Of a stretch of DNA of 64,000 nucleotides, positions 20,190 through 30,201 are shown in pieces. This DNA is from an uncultured bacterium (lineage in GTDB: Bacteria; Bacillota_I; Bacilli_A; RFN20; CAG-826), in NCBI GenBank assembly GCA_949288485.1, contig CASEKC010000001.1, forward strand, positions 283,806 through 347,805, read 5' to 3'. Below the pieces are notes generated by a model that saw only the letters and a list, made by a program, of their open reading frames with translations, ran no database searches and had not been told where the DNA came from. The position numbers and the translations under genes were made by a program. Each line of letters begins with the position of its first letter. The stretch's first letter is position 1.

Positions 20190-21680
20190 ATGTTTAAAAA
20201 GTTATTTGCGCCAATTGATTTAACTAAAGGGAAAATTTATAAAGTTATTCTACTTTTTGCAATTCCAATACTTTTATCATATATTTTTCAACAAATTTAT
20301 ACATTAACCGATGCAATTATCGTTGGACAAAATTTGAGCGCTAATGAAGTTAATGGTGTTAACGATGTTGGATCTTTAACATTTATTGTTTTACAGTTTG
20401 CTTATGGATGTAGTGCTGGATTTAGTGTTGTTTCTTCAGCTAAAAAAGGACAAAATGATGAAAATGGAGTAAGAAAATCATTTGCAATTCAAACAATTTT
20501 AGGTTTTATAATTTCAATAATTTTAACAATTCTTGCAATTGCATTTATTGATCCGCTTTTATCACTCGTTGGTTTAACTCCTTCTCATGGTGGTTTAACT
20601 TATGAAAGCGCTAAAACATATTTGTTTATAATATTTTTAGGTACATTTTTTCAAGTTTTTTATAATCAAATCTGTTCTTTATTAAGATCAATTGGAGATT
20701 CTTTTACACCACTTATTTTCTTAATTGGTTCAACGATTTTAAATATAATTTTAGATTTATTATGTATTGTCGTTTTTAAATGGGGTGTTGCTGGAGCAGC
20801 AATTGCAACAATTTTCTCACAATTTATTTCGGCAATATTATGCTATATATACACTTTTATTAAATATCCTTATTTAAGGTTTAAAAAAGAAGACTTTAAA
20901 TTTGATTTTAAATTTTATTTTGAACATCTAAAACTTGGGCTTCCTTTAGCATTTCAATTTTCCATTTTAGGAATTGGATTAATCACTATGCAATCAACAA
21001 TTGTTAAATTTGATACAACAATTGCAGGAATTGTTATTGATAATGGCCCTGCACAGCTTGCTTACGGAGCAATCAATAAAATTCAAACATTTTTAATGTG
21101 TCCTTTAAATGCTTTAGGTACTGCAATGTTATCATTTGTTGGTCAAAATAAAGGGGCTAATGATATAAAAAGAATAAAAAAGGGTATTAATCAAGCAATA
21201 ATTATAATGTTTATCATTTATATAATCGTATTTATTATTGCAATGTTTCTTTTAATTGATGATACATTTTTAAAAATGTTTTATTCAATAGATTCAATTA
21301 ATGAAAAAACAGCTTATTTAGGACTTTTAAATTTACTTTCAGTTATGCCATTTTTCTTCTTAGTTGGCACTTTATTTATTTTAAGAGGTTCAATTCAAGG
21401 TGTAGAAAAACCATTTTTCCCATTTTTAGCAGGTATTTTTGAACTTATTGCTAGAATTTCAATGTGTTCTTTTGGACCATATTTATTCACAAATGAAATA
21501 TCAACTTCCTTAGATTTATATTCCAATAGTTATCCATATATTGTTACTTGTTTAGCTGATCCATTTGCATGGTTAATGAGTTTAATTCCACTATTTATTG
21601 GTTATTTTTTATATATTTATCGTCCATATATGCACTATAAAAAAGAAATATCTGGCTTGGTAAATAGAAAAACCGCATAA
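20190..21680 (+). CDS. MATE family efflux transporter
   Basis: DLTKG, QQIYTLTDAIIVG, RSIGDSFTPL, NIILD, GVAGAAIAT. Confidence 0.95.
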   Translation: MFKKLFAPIDLTKGKIYKVILLFAIPILLSYIFQQIYTLTDAIIVGQNLSANEVNGVNDVGSLTFIVLQFAYGCSAGFSVVSSAKKGQNDENGVRKSFAIQTILGFIISIILTILAIAFIDPLLSLVGLTPSHGGLTYESAKTYLFIIFLGTFFQVFYNQICSLLRSIGDSFTPLIFLIGSTILNIILDLLCIVVFKWGVAGAAIATIFSQFISAILCYIYTFIKYPYLRFKKEDFKFDFKFYFEHLKLGLPLAFQFSILGIGLITMQSTIVKFDTTIAGIVIDNGPAQLAYGAINKIQTFLMCPLNALGTAMLSFVGQNKGANDIKRIKKGINQAIIIMFIIYIIVFIIAMFLLIDDTFLKMFYSIDSINEKTAYLGLLNLLSVMPFFFLVGTLFILRGSIQGVEKPFFPFLAGIFELIARISMCSFGPYLFTNEISTSLDLYSNSYPYIVTCLADPFAWLMSLIPLFIGYFLYIYRPYMHYKKEISGLVNRKTA

Positions 21681-22308
21681 GAAAAGAGAATATAAAATTA
21701 GAAGAACTTATATTTACAATTCCTACATTAATATCACATAAAATAAAAAGGAAAAAACCAAATGCTAAAATTTGGTTTTTTCTAATTTTATAATCATTAA
21801 TTAAAGGATCTAAAAAATTAAATATTAGATTAATAAAATAAATAAGGGCGATTATATTAAGGAAATTAAAATAAGAAGGTAGAAAGAAATAAATAATAAT
21901 TATTATAAATATAGATAAAATTATTCTAAGAGATAAAGAAATAAGAAATTTTTTAAGGTTAAAATTTAAAAAATGAAATCTAAAAAAATAAATAAGTTGG
22001 ACAATATTAAAAGTAATTAAACCGATAATAAATGATTCATTATCGCTTTTAAAAAGTAAAAAATAATCGCTGATAATCGTAAAAATAAAAGCAAAAATAA
22101 CTAATAATTTATCTATTTTAAAATCCAATATTGTAAATATAATTAAAAATAATAAATTCAATATAATTGTCGAATATTTAATTGATGAAGAGACATCATT
22201 TAATGAAACGAAAAATAAATCAATTATTAAAAATGATATATATAAAATAAATTGAATAAAGAAATAGATATATAAAATATATTTTTGTATTAATTCTTTT
22301 TTAGTCAT
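21595..22308 (-). CDS. YhhN-like (lysoplasmalogenase-family) membrane protein
   Basis: FTIISDYFLL, F.IVQLIY, LFILCDINV, FYLPSQ. Confidence 0.7.
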   Translation of the reverse strand: MTKKELIQKYILYIYFFIQFILYISFLIIDLFFVSLNDVSSSIKYSTIILNLLFLIIFTILDFKIDKLLVIFAFIFTIISDYFLLFKSDNESFIIGLITFNIVQLIYFFRFHFLNFNLKKFLISLSLRIILSIFIIIIIYFFLPSYFNFLNIIALIYFINLIFNFLDPLINDYKIRKNQILAFGFFLFILCDINVGIVNISSSNFIFSFLMRFFYLPSQIFLFYSAYMDDKYIKNNQ

Positions 22309-22346
22309 AAATATATTTTTAACATTTTTTTAATATTTTTAAATAA

Positions 22347-22386
22347 GAAAATGGCTACTAAGAAGTTTTCTTAATAGCCATTTTTA
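22347..22386 (-). terminator. Terminator after EF-G paralogue
   Basis: AAAATGGCTA(C/T)TAAGAA...TTCTTAATAGCCATTTT inverted repeat. Confidence 0.75.
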
Positions 22387-22400
22387 TTTATTTAAAAATT

Positions 22401-24464
22401 TTAGCGATCTTTATTTAATGAATTTTCTTGAATTACACGATCTTTTAAATTAGCAGGAACTTCTTCATAACATTCAAATTGACGGTTAAAGTATCCTCCG
22501 CCTTGTGTAATTGATTTTAATTTAGCACTATAATCGTTAATTTCTGCTTCAGGAATTGAAACGATAATTTTTTGATTTTCTGCTCCATCTTCTTCCATCA
22601 TTAAATTCTTTGCTCGACGAGTATTAAGATCAGAAATAACATCCCCAATATATTTATTTTCAATATAGATTGTAACTCTCATAATTGGTTCTAAAATAAT
22701 TGGTTTACAGTGCATATAGGCTTCTTTAAATGCTAAGATAGCAGCCATTTTAAATGCCATTTCATTTGAATCAACTGGATGATATTTACCATCTTTTAAT
22801 GTTCCTTTTACACCAATTACTGGGAAACCAGCAAGTAAGCCTGATTGTAATGCTTCATAGAAACCTTTTTCAACAGCAGGGAAATATTGTTTTGGAACTG
22901 TTCCACCGAAAACTGTTTCTTCAAAACAATTTTCTTCAGCAGGTTCAAAGTCCATAACAACTACTCCATAGAATCCGCTACCCCCAGATTGTTTAATATA
23001 TTTTCCAGTAGCTTCAGCTTTTCCTTTAATTGATTCACGATAAACAATTTTTGGAGCAACTGTTTTACATTCAATTTTGTATGTATTTTTTAATTTATCT
23101 AAAATGTAAGATAAGTGATGATTGCCAAGTCCACCAACTAAAAGTTGTTTTGTTTCTTGATTTCTCTTAACTTCAATTGTTGGATCTTCTAAACATAATT
23201 TTTGTAAAACAGTTGAGATTTTATCTTCGTCCTTTTTATTTGCAAGTTCAATTCCTCTAAAATAAACGGCTGTAGGATATTTTGGAGTAACGTATTTGAT
23301 AATATTTTTTGGATCACAAATTGTATCACCAGTTCTTACATCTTCTAATTTTGCAATAGCAACAACATCACCAGCTTCTACTCTTTCGACAGGTATTTGT
23401 TTTTTACCTTCTAAATAGAAAAGAGATGAAACTTTTGTAGTTTTTCCTGAACTTGGACAATAAACTTCATCACCAAGACCAATTGAACCACTATTAACTT
23501 TAATTATATTGATAACTCCGCTATAAAGATCGGAAATAGTTTTAAAACAGTATCCAGAAAATGGCTCTTCACTTGTTGTTTTTCTTTCTACTAAGTTTCC
23601 ATCTTTATCATATGCTTCAAATGGTTCAAGATCTGAAGGAGATGGTAAATAGTCAATACACATATTTAATAATGTATGACATCCGATATTTTTAGTTGCA
23701 GAACCAACTAATAATGGGTCGATTTCACCATCTAAAACACCTTTTCGTAATCCTTTATGGATTTCTTCTCTTGTTAATGTTTCACCACTGAAGAATTTAT
23801 TTAATAATTCTTCTGAAGTAGTAGCAACAGCTTCAAGAACCATATTATTGTATTCTAAGACAGTTGGTTTTTTATCTTCATAAATTTCAGCATCTACACA
23901 TTCTTTACCATTATAAATTCGAGCTTTTAAATCAACACAATTTGCAAAACCATCAAATTGATCAGCATGTCCTAATGGATAACAGAATGGGGCAACCTTT
24001 TTGCCAAGTTTAGCTCTAATATCTGCCAATAATGAATCGAAATCAATATTTTCTTTATCCATTTTATTAACAAAAATTAAAGTTGGAATATTCTTTCTTT
24101 TTAGCATTCTGAAATGCTTAATTGTACCTTGTTGGACGCCACTTGTTGCATCAATTACTAAAATAGCACCTTTAACACAACTTGTAACACCTATAATTTC
24201 TCCAACGAAATCATCATTTCCAGGTAAATCGATCAAATTTATACGATAACCTTCATATTCAATAGGAACAACGGAAGCAGATATCGATGATAATCTATCT
24301 TGCTCTTCTTTTAAATAGTCACTAACTGTTGTTCCTTTTTCCACAGATCCTTTTGCTGGATTGTTAGTGGCTACTTGAAATAAGGATTCAACTAATGTCG
24401 TTTTCCCAGAGCTTTGATGCCCTAAAACGACAATATCCCTTATTTTGTCGGGTGTAAAACTCAT
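22401..24464 (-). CDS. Elongation factor G paralogue (EF-G2 type)
   Basis: Full five-domain EF-G layout: GHQSSGKT, DLPGN, NKMD, EDPT, YRESI, KQSGG, YHPVDS, LEPIM; not in an str operon. Confidence 0.9.
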   Translation of the reverse strand: MSFTPDKIRDIVVLGHQSSGKTTLVESLFQVATNNPAKGSVEKGTTVSDYLKEEQDRLSSISASVVPIEYEGYRINLIDLPGNDDFVGEIIGVTSCVKGAILVIDATSGVQQGTIKHFRMLKRKNIPTLIFVNKMDKENIDFDSLLADIRAKLGKKVAPFCYPLGHADQFDGFANCVDLKARIYNGKECVDAEIYEDKKPTVLEYNNMVLEAVATTSEELLNKFFSGETLTREEIHKGLRKGVLDGEIDPLLVGSATKNIGCHTLLNMCIDYLPSPSDLEPFEAYDKDGNLVERKTTSEEPFSGYCFKTISDLYSGVINIIKVNSGSIGLGDEVYCPSSGKTTKVSSLFYLEGKKQIPVERVEAGDVVAIAKLEDVRTGDTICDPKNIIKYVTPKYPTAVYFRGIELANKKDEDKISTVLQKLCLEDPTIEVKRNQETKQLLVGGLGNHHLSYILDKLKNTYKIECKTVAPKIVYRESIKGKAEATGKYIKQSGGSGFYGVVVMDFEPAEENCFEETVFGGTVPKQYFPAVEKGFYEALQSGLLAGFPVIGVKGTLKDGKYHPVDSNEMAFKMAAILAFKEAYMHCKPIILEPIMRVTIYIENKYIGDVISDLNTRRAKNLMMEEDGAENQKIIVSIPEAEINDYSAKLKSITQGGGYFNRQFECYEEVPANLKDRVIQENSLNKDR

Positions 24465-24734
24465 TATGATTCCTCCTAAATTATGTGAAGAGTTTTTAAA
24501 AATCTATATCAATAATAACACAGATTAATGATTGTGAGTATAGATTTTTTTATGAAGTTAAAAATTGTTAAAAAGCGACATTTTTTATCGAAAGTTTTTG
24601 ATTTTTTAATTTAGTTTTAAAAACTAGATACCATCGTAATTAAAATTTGAAATTAATATTTTTATGATAAATATGCTTGTTTTTTATGTTTTTTAAGTTT
24701 ATTATATCGTGGTTGGAAAATAATGGAGATTTTT

Positions 24735-26375
24735 ATGAGAAAAAATCTATTTTTGATAAATGTTTTATTTATTGTTCCGCTATTATCTTCTTGTTCTTTT
24801 TTTGAAAAGAAAGAAGAAAGTGAAACATATGATTTAAAAGATCCACTTTTAATGTATTCCTATTTAAACGATAAATATAATCAGGAAGATTTTAATTATT
24901 TTACTATTAGTGAATATTCTTTAACATCAAAAAGAGGAAATTCCCAATCTTTAAAATCATTTAAAGTTAAAAATAACGGCATGATTTATGAACAAAAAGG
25001 AGCTTTTTCAGAACTTTTTGGAACTAAATCGCTTAAAAGATTTTATTCATATAGCGAAAATAATTATGGAATAAGTATTGGAAACGAGGAAATTATTGAT
25101 GAAACTCATTTAACTTCTTCATCTTATTCCACATTATCTTTTATTGAGGAAGAAACTTATTTAAAAAATAATGGCGATACTTTAAAAAATATAACTAATT
25201 TTGAAATATATAAAGGATATGAAAGTTTATCTTTTTTGGATTATCAAATTTTAAATGAAAACGGAGATTCTATAACATATTCGTATACTTTATCTTTAGA
25301 TAATGTTAAAAAGCCTGATTTTAGTGAGGAAAATCATGAAATTAGTTCCTTTTCTAAAATTAACGCTCTAAATTATGAAAAAAATGAAATATTAAACTTT
25401 GTGGATTTTTCTTCTATTTCATTTATAAACGCATCTTTTGAATTATTAATAAATAAAAATAACTTAGAAATTGTATCTTTAAACGTAAAAGAAGATATTA
25501 AAATTTCATCAATTGAATTTAGTTATCAATATTTAACAACTTTTGAAACTTATAAAAGTTTAAATGATATTGATAATTTTTGTTCTTCTTTGATTAAAGA
25601 TATTGATAAAGAAATTGAGATTTCTACTTCATTAGGTAAAAACGAGTTATATTCTTTTTACGTAGATTTAAATAAAAAATATAAAACGTTAAATTATTAT
25701 ACAAATACAGATTCAAGTGTTTCTGCTTTAGGTGGTTTATATTCACAAACAGTTAAAGGATTTAAACTTAAAAAGGATGAAGAATATTTTTTCCAAACTG
25801 TAACTACTTCCGCTTTTGTAAAAAAAGCTGAATTACGTTATGAAAATGAAAAAAATAACTCATATTGGATAGCTAGTGGAAATAACCCAGATTCATCAGG
25901 TATTTATGGAAATGTTTCTTCTTGGAATGATTGGGAAAAAGAAAGTAAAGAAGATTATTTAGCTACCCTTGGTCATACAATGAATAATTTAACAAACTAT
26001 ATAGTAGATGAAAATAACCCTGCTGCTTCTTTTTTAGATGCATCATATAGCGAAAATGAAGAACATAAAATTTATACATATCAAATGTCTATAAACGAAG
26101 ATGAAAATCATATAGATTCAACAAAAGAATATAAAATTGAAATGGCTCATATGTCTGGTATGGGAGAACCATCATTTACTTATTCCACAATGGAAATTTA
26201 TATTTCTAAAGAAGATGAAACAATTGATAAAATAGTTCAAAAAGAAAAATATAAAACTGGTTCATTTGAGTGTGATTCAGTAATGAATACTTATTTTAAT
26301 TTATATGAAAATGAAAATGAAATTCCTACTGAAATTTCATCTGTTTATAATGAAAAAATAGGAGAAAATATTTAA
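24735..26375 (+). CDS. Hypothetical lipoprotein with two internally repeated domains
   Basis: Lipobox LSSC after ATG 24735 (GGAG RBS); two similar halves. Confidence 0.8.
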   Translation: MRKNLFLINVLFIVPLLSSCSFFEKKEESETYDLKDPLLMYSYLNDKYNQEDFNYFTISEYSLTSKRGNSQSLKSFKVKNNGMIYEQKGAFSELFGTKSLKRFYSYSENNYGISIGNEEIIDETHLTSSSYSTLSFIEEETYLKNNGDTLKNITNFEIYKGYESLSFLDYQILNENGDSITYSYTLSLDNVKKPDFSEENHEISSFSKINALNYEKNEILNFVDFSSISFINASFELLINKNNLEIVSLNVKEDIKISSIEFSYQYLTTFETYKSLNDIDNFCSSLIKDIDKEIEISTSLGKNELYSFYVDLNKKYKTLNYYTNTDSSVSALGGLYSQTVKGFKLKKDEEYFFQTVTTSAFVKKAELRYENEKNNSYWIASGNNPDSSGIYGNVSSWNDWEKESKEDYLATLGHTMNNLTNYIVDENNPAASFLDASYSENEEHKIYTYQMSINEDENHIDSTKEYKIEMAHMSGMGEPSFTYSTMEIYISKEDETIDKIVQKEKYKTGSFECDSVMNTYFNLYENENEIPTEISSVYNEKIGENI

Positions 26376-26378
26376 TTT

Positions 26379-28553
26379 ATGAGAAAAAAACCTTTATTTT
26401 TAGCAATCCTTTTACCACTTCTTTTAACATCTTGTAATTCTACCCCATCTCCAGATGGAGGAGATGAAACAATTTATCCTGATGATGATACAAATATTAA
26501 CTATACTTATTTAAGCCCAAAAACATATGAAGGAGTGATAAATTCCTCTATTTCATATGATATTTTATCTTCAATCGGCGTTGATTTAGATATTTTTTCT
26601 TCATATATTACTTTTACATATCAAGAATTAGATGGTGAAATTAATGAAAAAAATTATGATAAAGCATTTAAATTTCATTTAAATTTTGATCTTTATTCAA
26701 TAAAAGAAACATACGAGTCATCTTTATTAACATCCTCAATTGTTCCTTTAATTTTTAGTGATTTTAAATATCAAAATATTTTAAATAACGTTTCTGACTT
26801 AGATATATATTATTTAGCAGATGGAAATATCTATACAACTATTTCACGATTTATTGATAATAAAAAACCTTCAAGAAATAATAAAGAGGAAATAGCTAAT
26901 ACCGGAAGAGAATTAATTGGAACTTCAAAATTAGATATTTCTTCAGTTTTAGAAATGTTAAATTCTTCCTCAACTTCTTCAATTTCTTTAAAAGATATTT
27001 TTTCTCAAATAAGCTCGATGCTTAATGGATTAACTATCGATTTTTCAATTTTTGATATGATTATTTCATCGACAATCTTAAATTTTGTTAATGATGGGTT
27101 TTCATTATCTTTTAAAGAAAACGGATTAAAGGCTTTTTCTTCAATTTTTAACAATTTAGCTTCATATATATTTAAAAATAACGATATTGGACTAACTTTA
27201 GATGAAAATAATCCTTTAATTAACATTACTAATGCTTCTTTTGAATCAAATCCTTTAGAAATTAAAATGAGTTTTGAAGATGAAAATTCTTTAAAACCAC
27301 TTTTCTATCTTTCTTTAACTAGAAATGATTCAAAAAATTTAGAAATTGAGCCTCCATTTAATTTAGAAGAAGATTACTTAATTCAACAAAAAGCATTAAA
27401 AGATATTAATGATTTATATTATTTTTATGATAATTATTCTTTAGATAGTGAAACTCAAAATGGAATTACTAATGCAATTAAAAATATTAATTCTTTAAGC
27501 GAAGAAGAAAAAAAGAGAGTTGAAAATTTTAATAATTATTTATCTTATCCTTTATTAACAACTGATGAAAATAATAATTTTCTCGAATTAAGCGAAAAAG
27601 AAAATTTAAATAATTTATATAAAAATATCGAAAATGTTGTTACTAAAAAAGTCGATAATGATACATCTTTTATTAGTGCTTATAAAGCTTTAAATGAATT
27701 ATTTAATTCAAAATATTCAACTAATACAAAATATAATATTTTAAATGACGTTGCTAAAAATAATTCTGCTAGATTTGAAGAATTCAAAAATGAAATAAGC
27801 ACTTATTTAAATACTTTCATTGACCCAATTTATAATTCTTTGTCAACACTTTTAAATGAATTTAAAAATAATGAAAATAGCAACACTTTAAATGAATCAC
27901 ATACTTTATTAGAAAAAATCTACAAATTAGTTGTTTTAGATGATTTAGTTTTAAGCAATAATCAAAAAATAGATATCGAGGAATTTAAAAATACCGATAA
28001 TATTAAAACTTTATCAACCGAAATTATTAATAATACGATTAATTATTTATCACTTTCTTCTTCCTTAATTAATGAGGAATTAAATCAAGAAGTTTCAAAT
28101 ATTTTATTAGCTTATTTTAATGATTTAACTATTTTTTATAATAAATTAAGTGAAAATGAATTAACTAAATTCAATGATTATTCATCTTTCTTATTAATAA
28201 ATGATACAAATGATGATATTTATAGAATTTTTGAACTTATTTCCAATAACAATGAAAAATATTATTCGACATTAAAAAGAAAAAACGATGAATTAATTAA
28301 TCTTTTACTTACTAAAGTAGATAAATTTGCTAATAAACGAATTGATGAATATTTAACAAAAGATGAAATTTATTACATTTTAAATATCGAAAGATTAAAC
28401 GAAACTAAAAAAGGTTTAGATGATATTTTTTCAATGTTAAATGTCTATATTTCATCAACTCTTTTTAAAAATTACTCTTCTTCTTTGACTTATATTGATA
28501 AATATTATTCGCTTGTTGGACTAATCGAAGAACAAATCGCTAATCTATCTTAA
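26379..28553 (+). CDS. Hypothetical lipoprotein (helical C-terminal half)
   Basis: Lipobox LTSC, 724-aa open frame, 3-nt gap from previous gene. Confidence 0.8.
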   Translation: MRKKPLFLAILLPLLLTSCNSTPSPDGGDETIYPDDDTNINYTYLSPKTYEGVINSSISYDILSSIGVDLDIFSSYITFTYQELDGEINEKNYDKAFKFHLNFDLYSIKETYESSLLTSSIVPLIFSDFKYQNILNNVSDLDIYYLADGNIYTTISRFIDNKKPSRNNKEEIANTGRELIGTSKLDISSVLEMLNSSSTSSISLKDIFSQISSMLNGLTIDFSIFDMIISSTILNFVNDGFSLSFKENGLKAFSSIFNNLASYIFKNNDIGLTLDENNPLINITNASFESNPLEIKMSFEDENSLKPLFYLSLTRNDSKNLEIEPPFNLEEDYLIQQKALKDINDLYYFYDNYSLDSETQNGITNAIKNINSLSEEEKKRVENFNNYLSYPLLTTDENNNFLELSEKENLNNLYKNIENVVTKKVDNDTSFISAYKALNELFNSKYSTNTKYNILNDVAKNNSARFEEFKNEISTYLNTFIDPIYNSLSTLLNEFKNNENSNTLNESHTLLEKIYKLVVLDDLVLSNNQKIDIEEFKNTDNIKTLSTEIINNTINYLSLSSSLINEELNQEVSNILLAYFNDLTIFYNKLSENELTKFNDYSSFLLINDTNDDIYRIFELISNNNEKYYSTLKRKNDELINLLLTKVDKFANKRIDEYLTKDEIYYILNIERLNETKKGLDDIFSMLNVYISSTLFKNYSSSLTYIDKYYSLVGLIEEQIANLS

Positions 28554-28592
28554 ATTAATCTCTCTTTAATTATATTAAAGAGCACTTTGAGT

Positions 28593-28621
28593 TTGACTTT
28601 AATATAAAATAGTTATTTAAT
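28593..28621 (+). promoter_or_regulatory. Putative sigma70 promoter of the atp operon
   Basis: TTGACT-17bp-TTTAAT, just after a CTCTTTAAT/ATTAAAGAG hairpin. Confidence 0.5.
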
Positions 28622-28650
28622 AAAGAGGTTTTAAAAAGCGTGTTTTAAGT

Positions 28651-29034
28651 ATGAAAAAAGAAAGAAAAAATTTATATATCGCTTTAACGATTTTTTTAAT
28701 TTTATTACTTACTGGATTAACCGTTGGTTTAACCCTCTATTTTTTAAATAATATTAGTGAATTTATTATAATTTTTGCTATTTCTTATCCATTTATGCTT
28801 ATTACATATTTTTCTTTAAGATATGTTTATCAACATTTTGAAAATACATCAAAAGGAAAAATTTCTTTTTTAATTGGATATATTTTACGATTTGTATCGA
28901 TTATTGGTGCACTTGGATTTTCACTTCTTTATTTATTTTTAACAAGCGGAATTGAAGCGCCATCAATCTATTATATTTTTATTGCTCCAATTTTATTTAC
29001 TATTGGTTATATTGTTGGAATTTTGTTTAAATAG
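28651..29034 (+). CDS. Four-TM protein at head of atp operon (AtpI-like)
   Basis: 127 aa, four TM helices, YILRF motif, position before atpB. Confidence 0.7.
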   Translation: MKKERKNLYIALTIFLILLLTGLTVGLTLYFLNNISEFIIIFAISYPFMLITYFSLRYVYQHFENTSKGKISFLIGYILRFVSIIGALGFSLLYLFLTSGIEAPSIYYIFIAPILFTIGYIVGILFK

Positions 29035-29050
29035 GTAAGGTAAAAAAAAT

Positions 29051-29914
29051 ATGAATGAAGGCGGTTTAGATTTTAATAGAGTTATTGAATGGCTAAGTTG
29101 GGATGAAATACCTCCAGAATTTTTATCATCAATTTTAGCATTAATCATCTTACTTGTTTTTACTTTAATTATTTCATTAAAAATTAAAAAATACGATCCA
29201 TTACAGAAACCAAGTGGATTTATGAATGTTGTTGAAATGGTCACTGATTTTGCAGATCGACAAGTCTCATCTATTATGGGACCAGCTTTTAATGGATTTG
29301 GAGGATATATACTTTTTGTTGGATTATATATTTTCTTAGGATTCTTTATAGGAATGATAGGTATTCCTAATGTATTCCAAGTTGGCTCTCCTACCTATTT
29401 TGAAGCAATGCCAAACCCATTTACAAATATGGCAATGCCTCTATCAATTGCTTTGATTACTTTCTGTTTAACTCATTACACTGCTATAAAATATAAACAC
29501 TGGACATATTTTGAAAGATATACTGAACCAATTGCGTTATTTTTACCAATAAATCTTATAACAATGTGGTCTCCGGTTTTATCACTTACTCTTCGTTTAT
29601 TCGGTAATGCTTTAGCTGGTTATTGTATCATTACTCTTATTTATGTTGGTTTAGGAAGCGTTATTGAACCATATTGGGGTTTCTTATTCGAACCATTAAT
29701 CGCTCCAGTTGCTCATTTATATTTCGATATATTTGATGGACTTATTCAATTAGCAGTATTCACAATTCTTACAATGATTAATGTTTCAAATGAATACATT
29801 TCTCCAGAAGATTTTATAAAAATGGAAGAAAATAAGAAAAATAAAAAACTCGCTAAAAAGCAAAAAAGACTTGAAAAAAAGGCTCAAAAAGAAGCCACTA
29901 AAAATGCTATTTAA
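29051..29914 (+). CDS. atpB: F0 subunit a
   Basis: SLTLRLFGN (essential Arg), HLYFDIFDGLIQ. Confidence 0.96.
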   Translation: MNEGGLDFNRVIEWLSWDEIPPEFLSSILALIILLVFTLIISLKIKKYDPLQKPSGFMNVVEMVTDFADRQVSSIMGPAFNGFGGYILFVGLYIFLGFFIGMIGIPNVFQVGSPTYFEAMPNPFTNMAMPLSIALITFCLTHYTAIKYKHWTYFERYTEPIALFLPINLITMWSPVLSLTLRLFGNALAGYCIITLIYVGLGSVIEPYWGFLFEPLIAPVAHLYFDIFDGLIQLAVFTILTMINVSNEYISPEDFIKMEENKKNKKLAKKQKRLEKKAQKEATKNAI

Positions 29915-29968
29915 TTTAAGTTTCTAAACTTAATTAATATAAAAATTTAAATACAAAGGAGAAGAAAT

Positions 29969-30181
29969 ATGAATTTTATCGGATTAGGTATTGCTTGTAT
30001 TGGTATGGGACTTGCTGCATTAGCTGAAGGTTGGGCAGTTTCAAAAGCTATGGAAGGAATTGGTAGAAATCCATCTGCTTCAGGTGATATTCGTACAACA
30101 ATGATTATCGGTGTCGGTCTTATTGAATCAATCGCAATTTATATTCTTGTTGTCGCTATTTTAATGGCTTTCGTTATCTAA
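29969..30181 (+). CDS. atpE: F0 subunit c
   Basis: Hairpin, GRNP loop, GLIESIAIY. Confidence 0.97.
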   Translation: MNFIGLGIACIGMGLAALAEGWAVSKAMEGIGRNPSASGDIRTTMIIGVGLIESIAIYILVVAILMAFVI

Positions 30182-30201
30182 TTTATAAAGAGGTTAAAAA
30201 T

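Noticed and set aside
22401-24464. Tet(M)/Tet(O) ribosomal protection protein
   Set aside because: Length and motifs (KQSGG, YHPVDS) fit EF-G; there is no Tet-type YSPVST loop.
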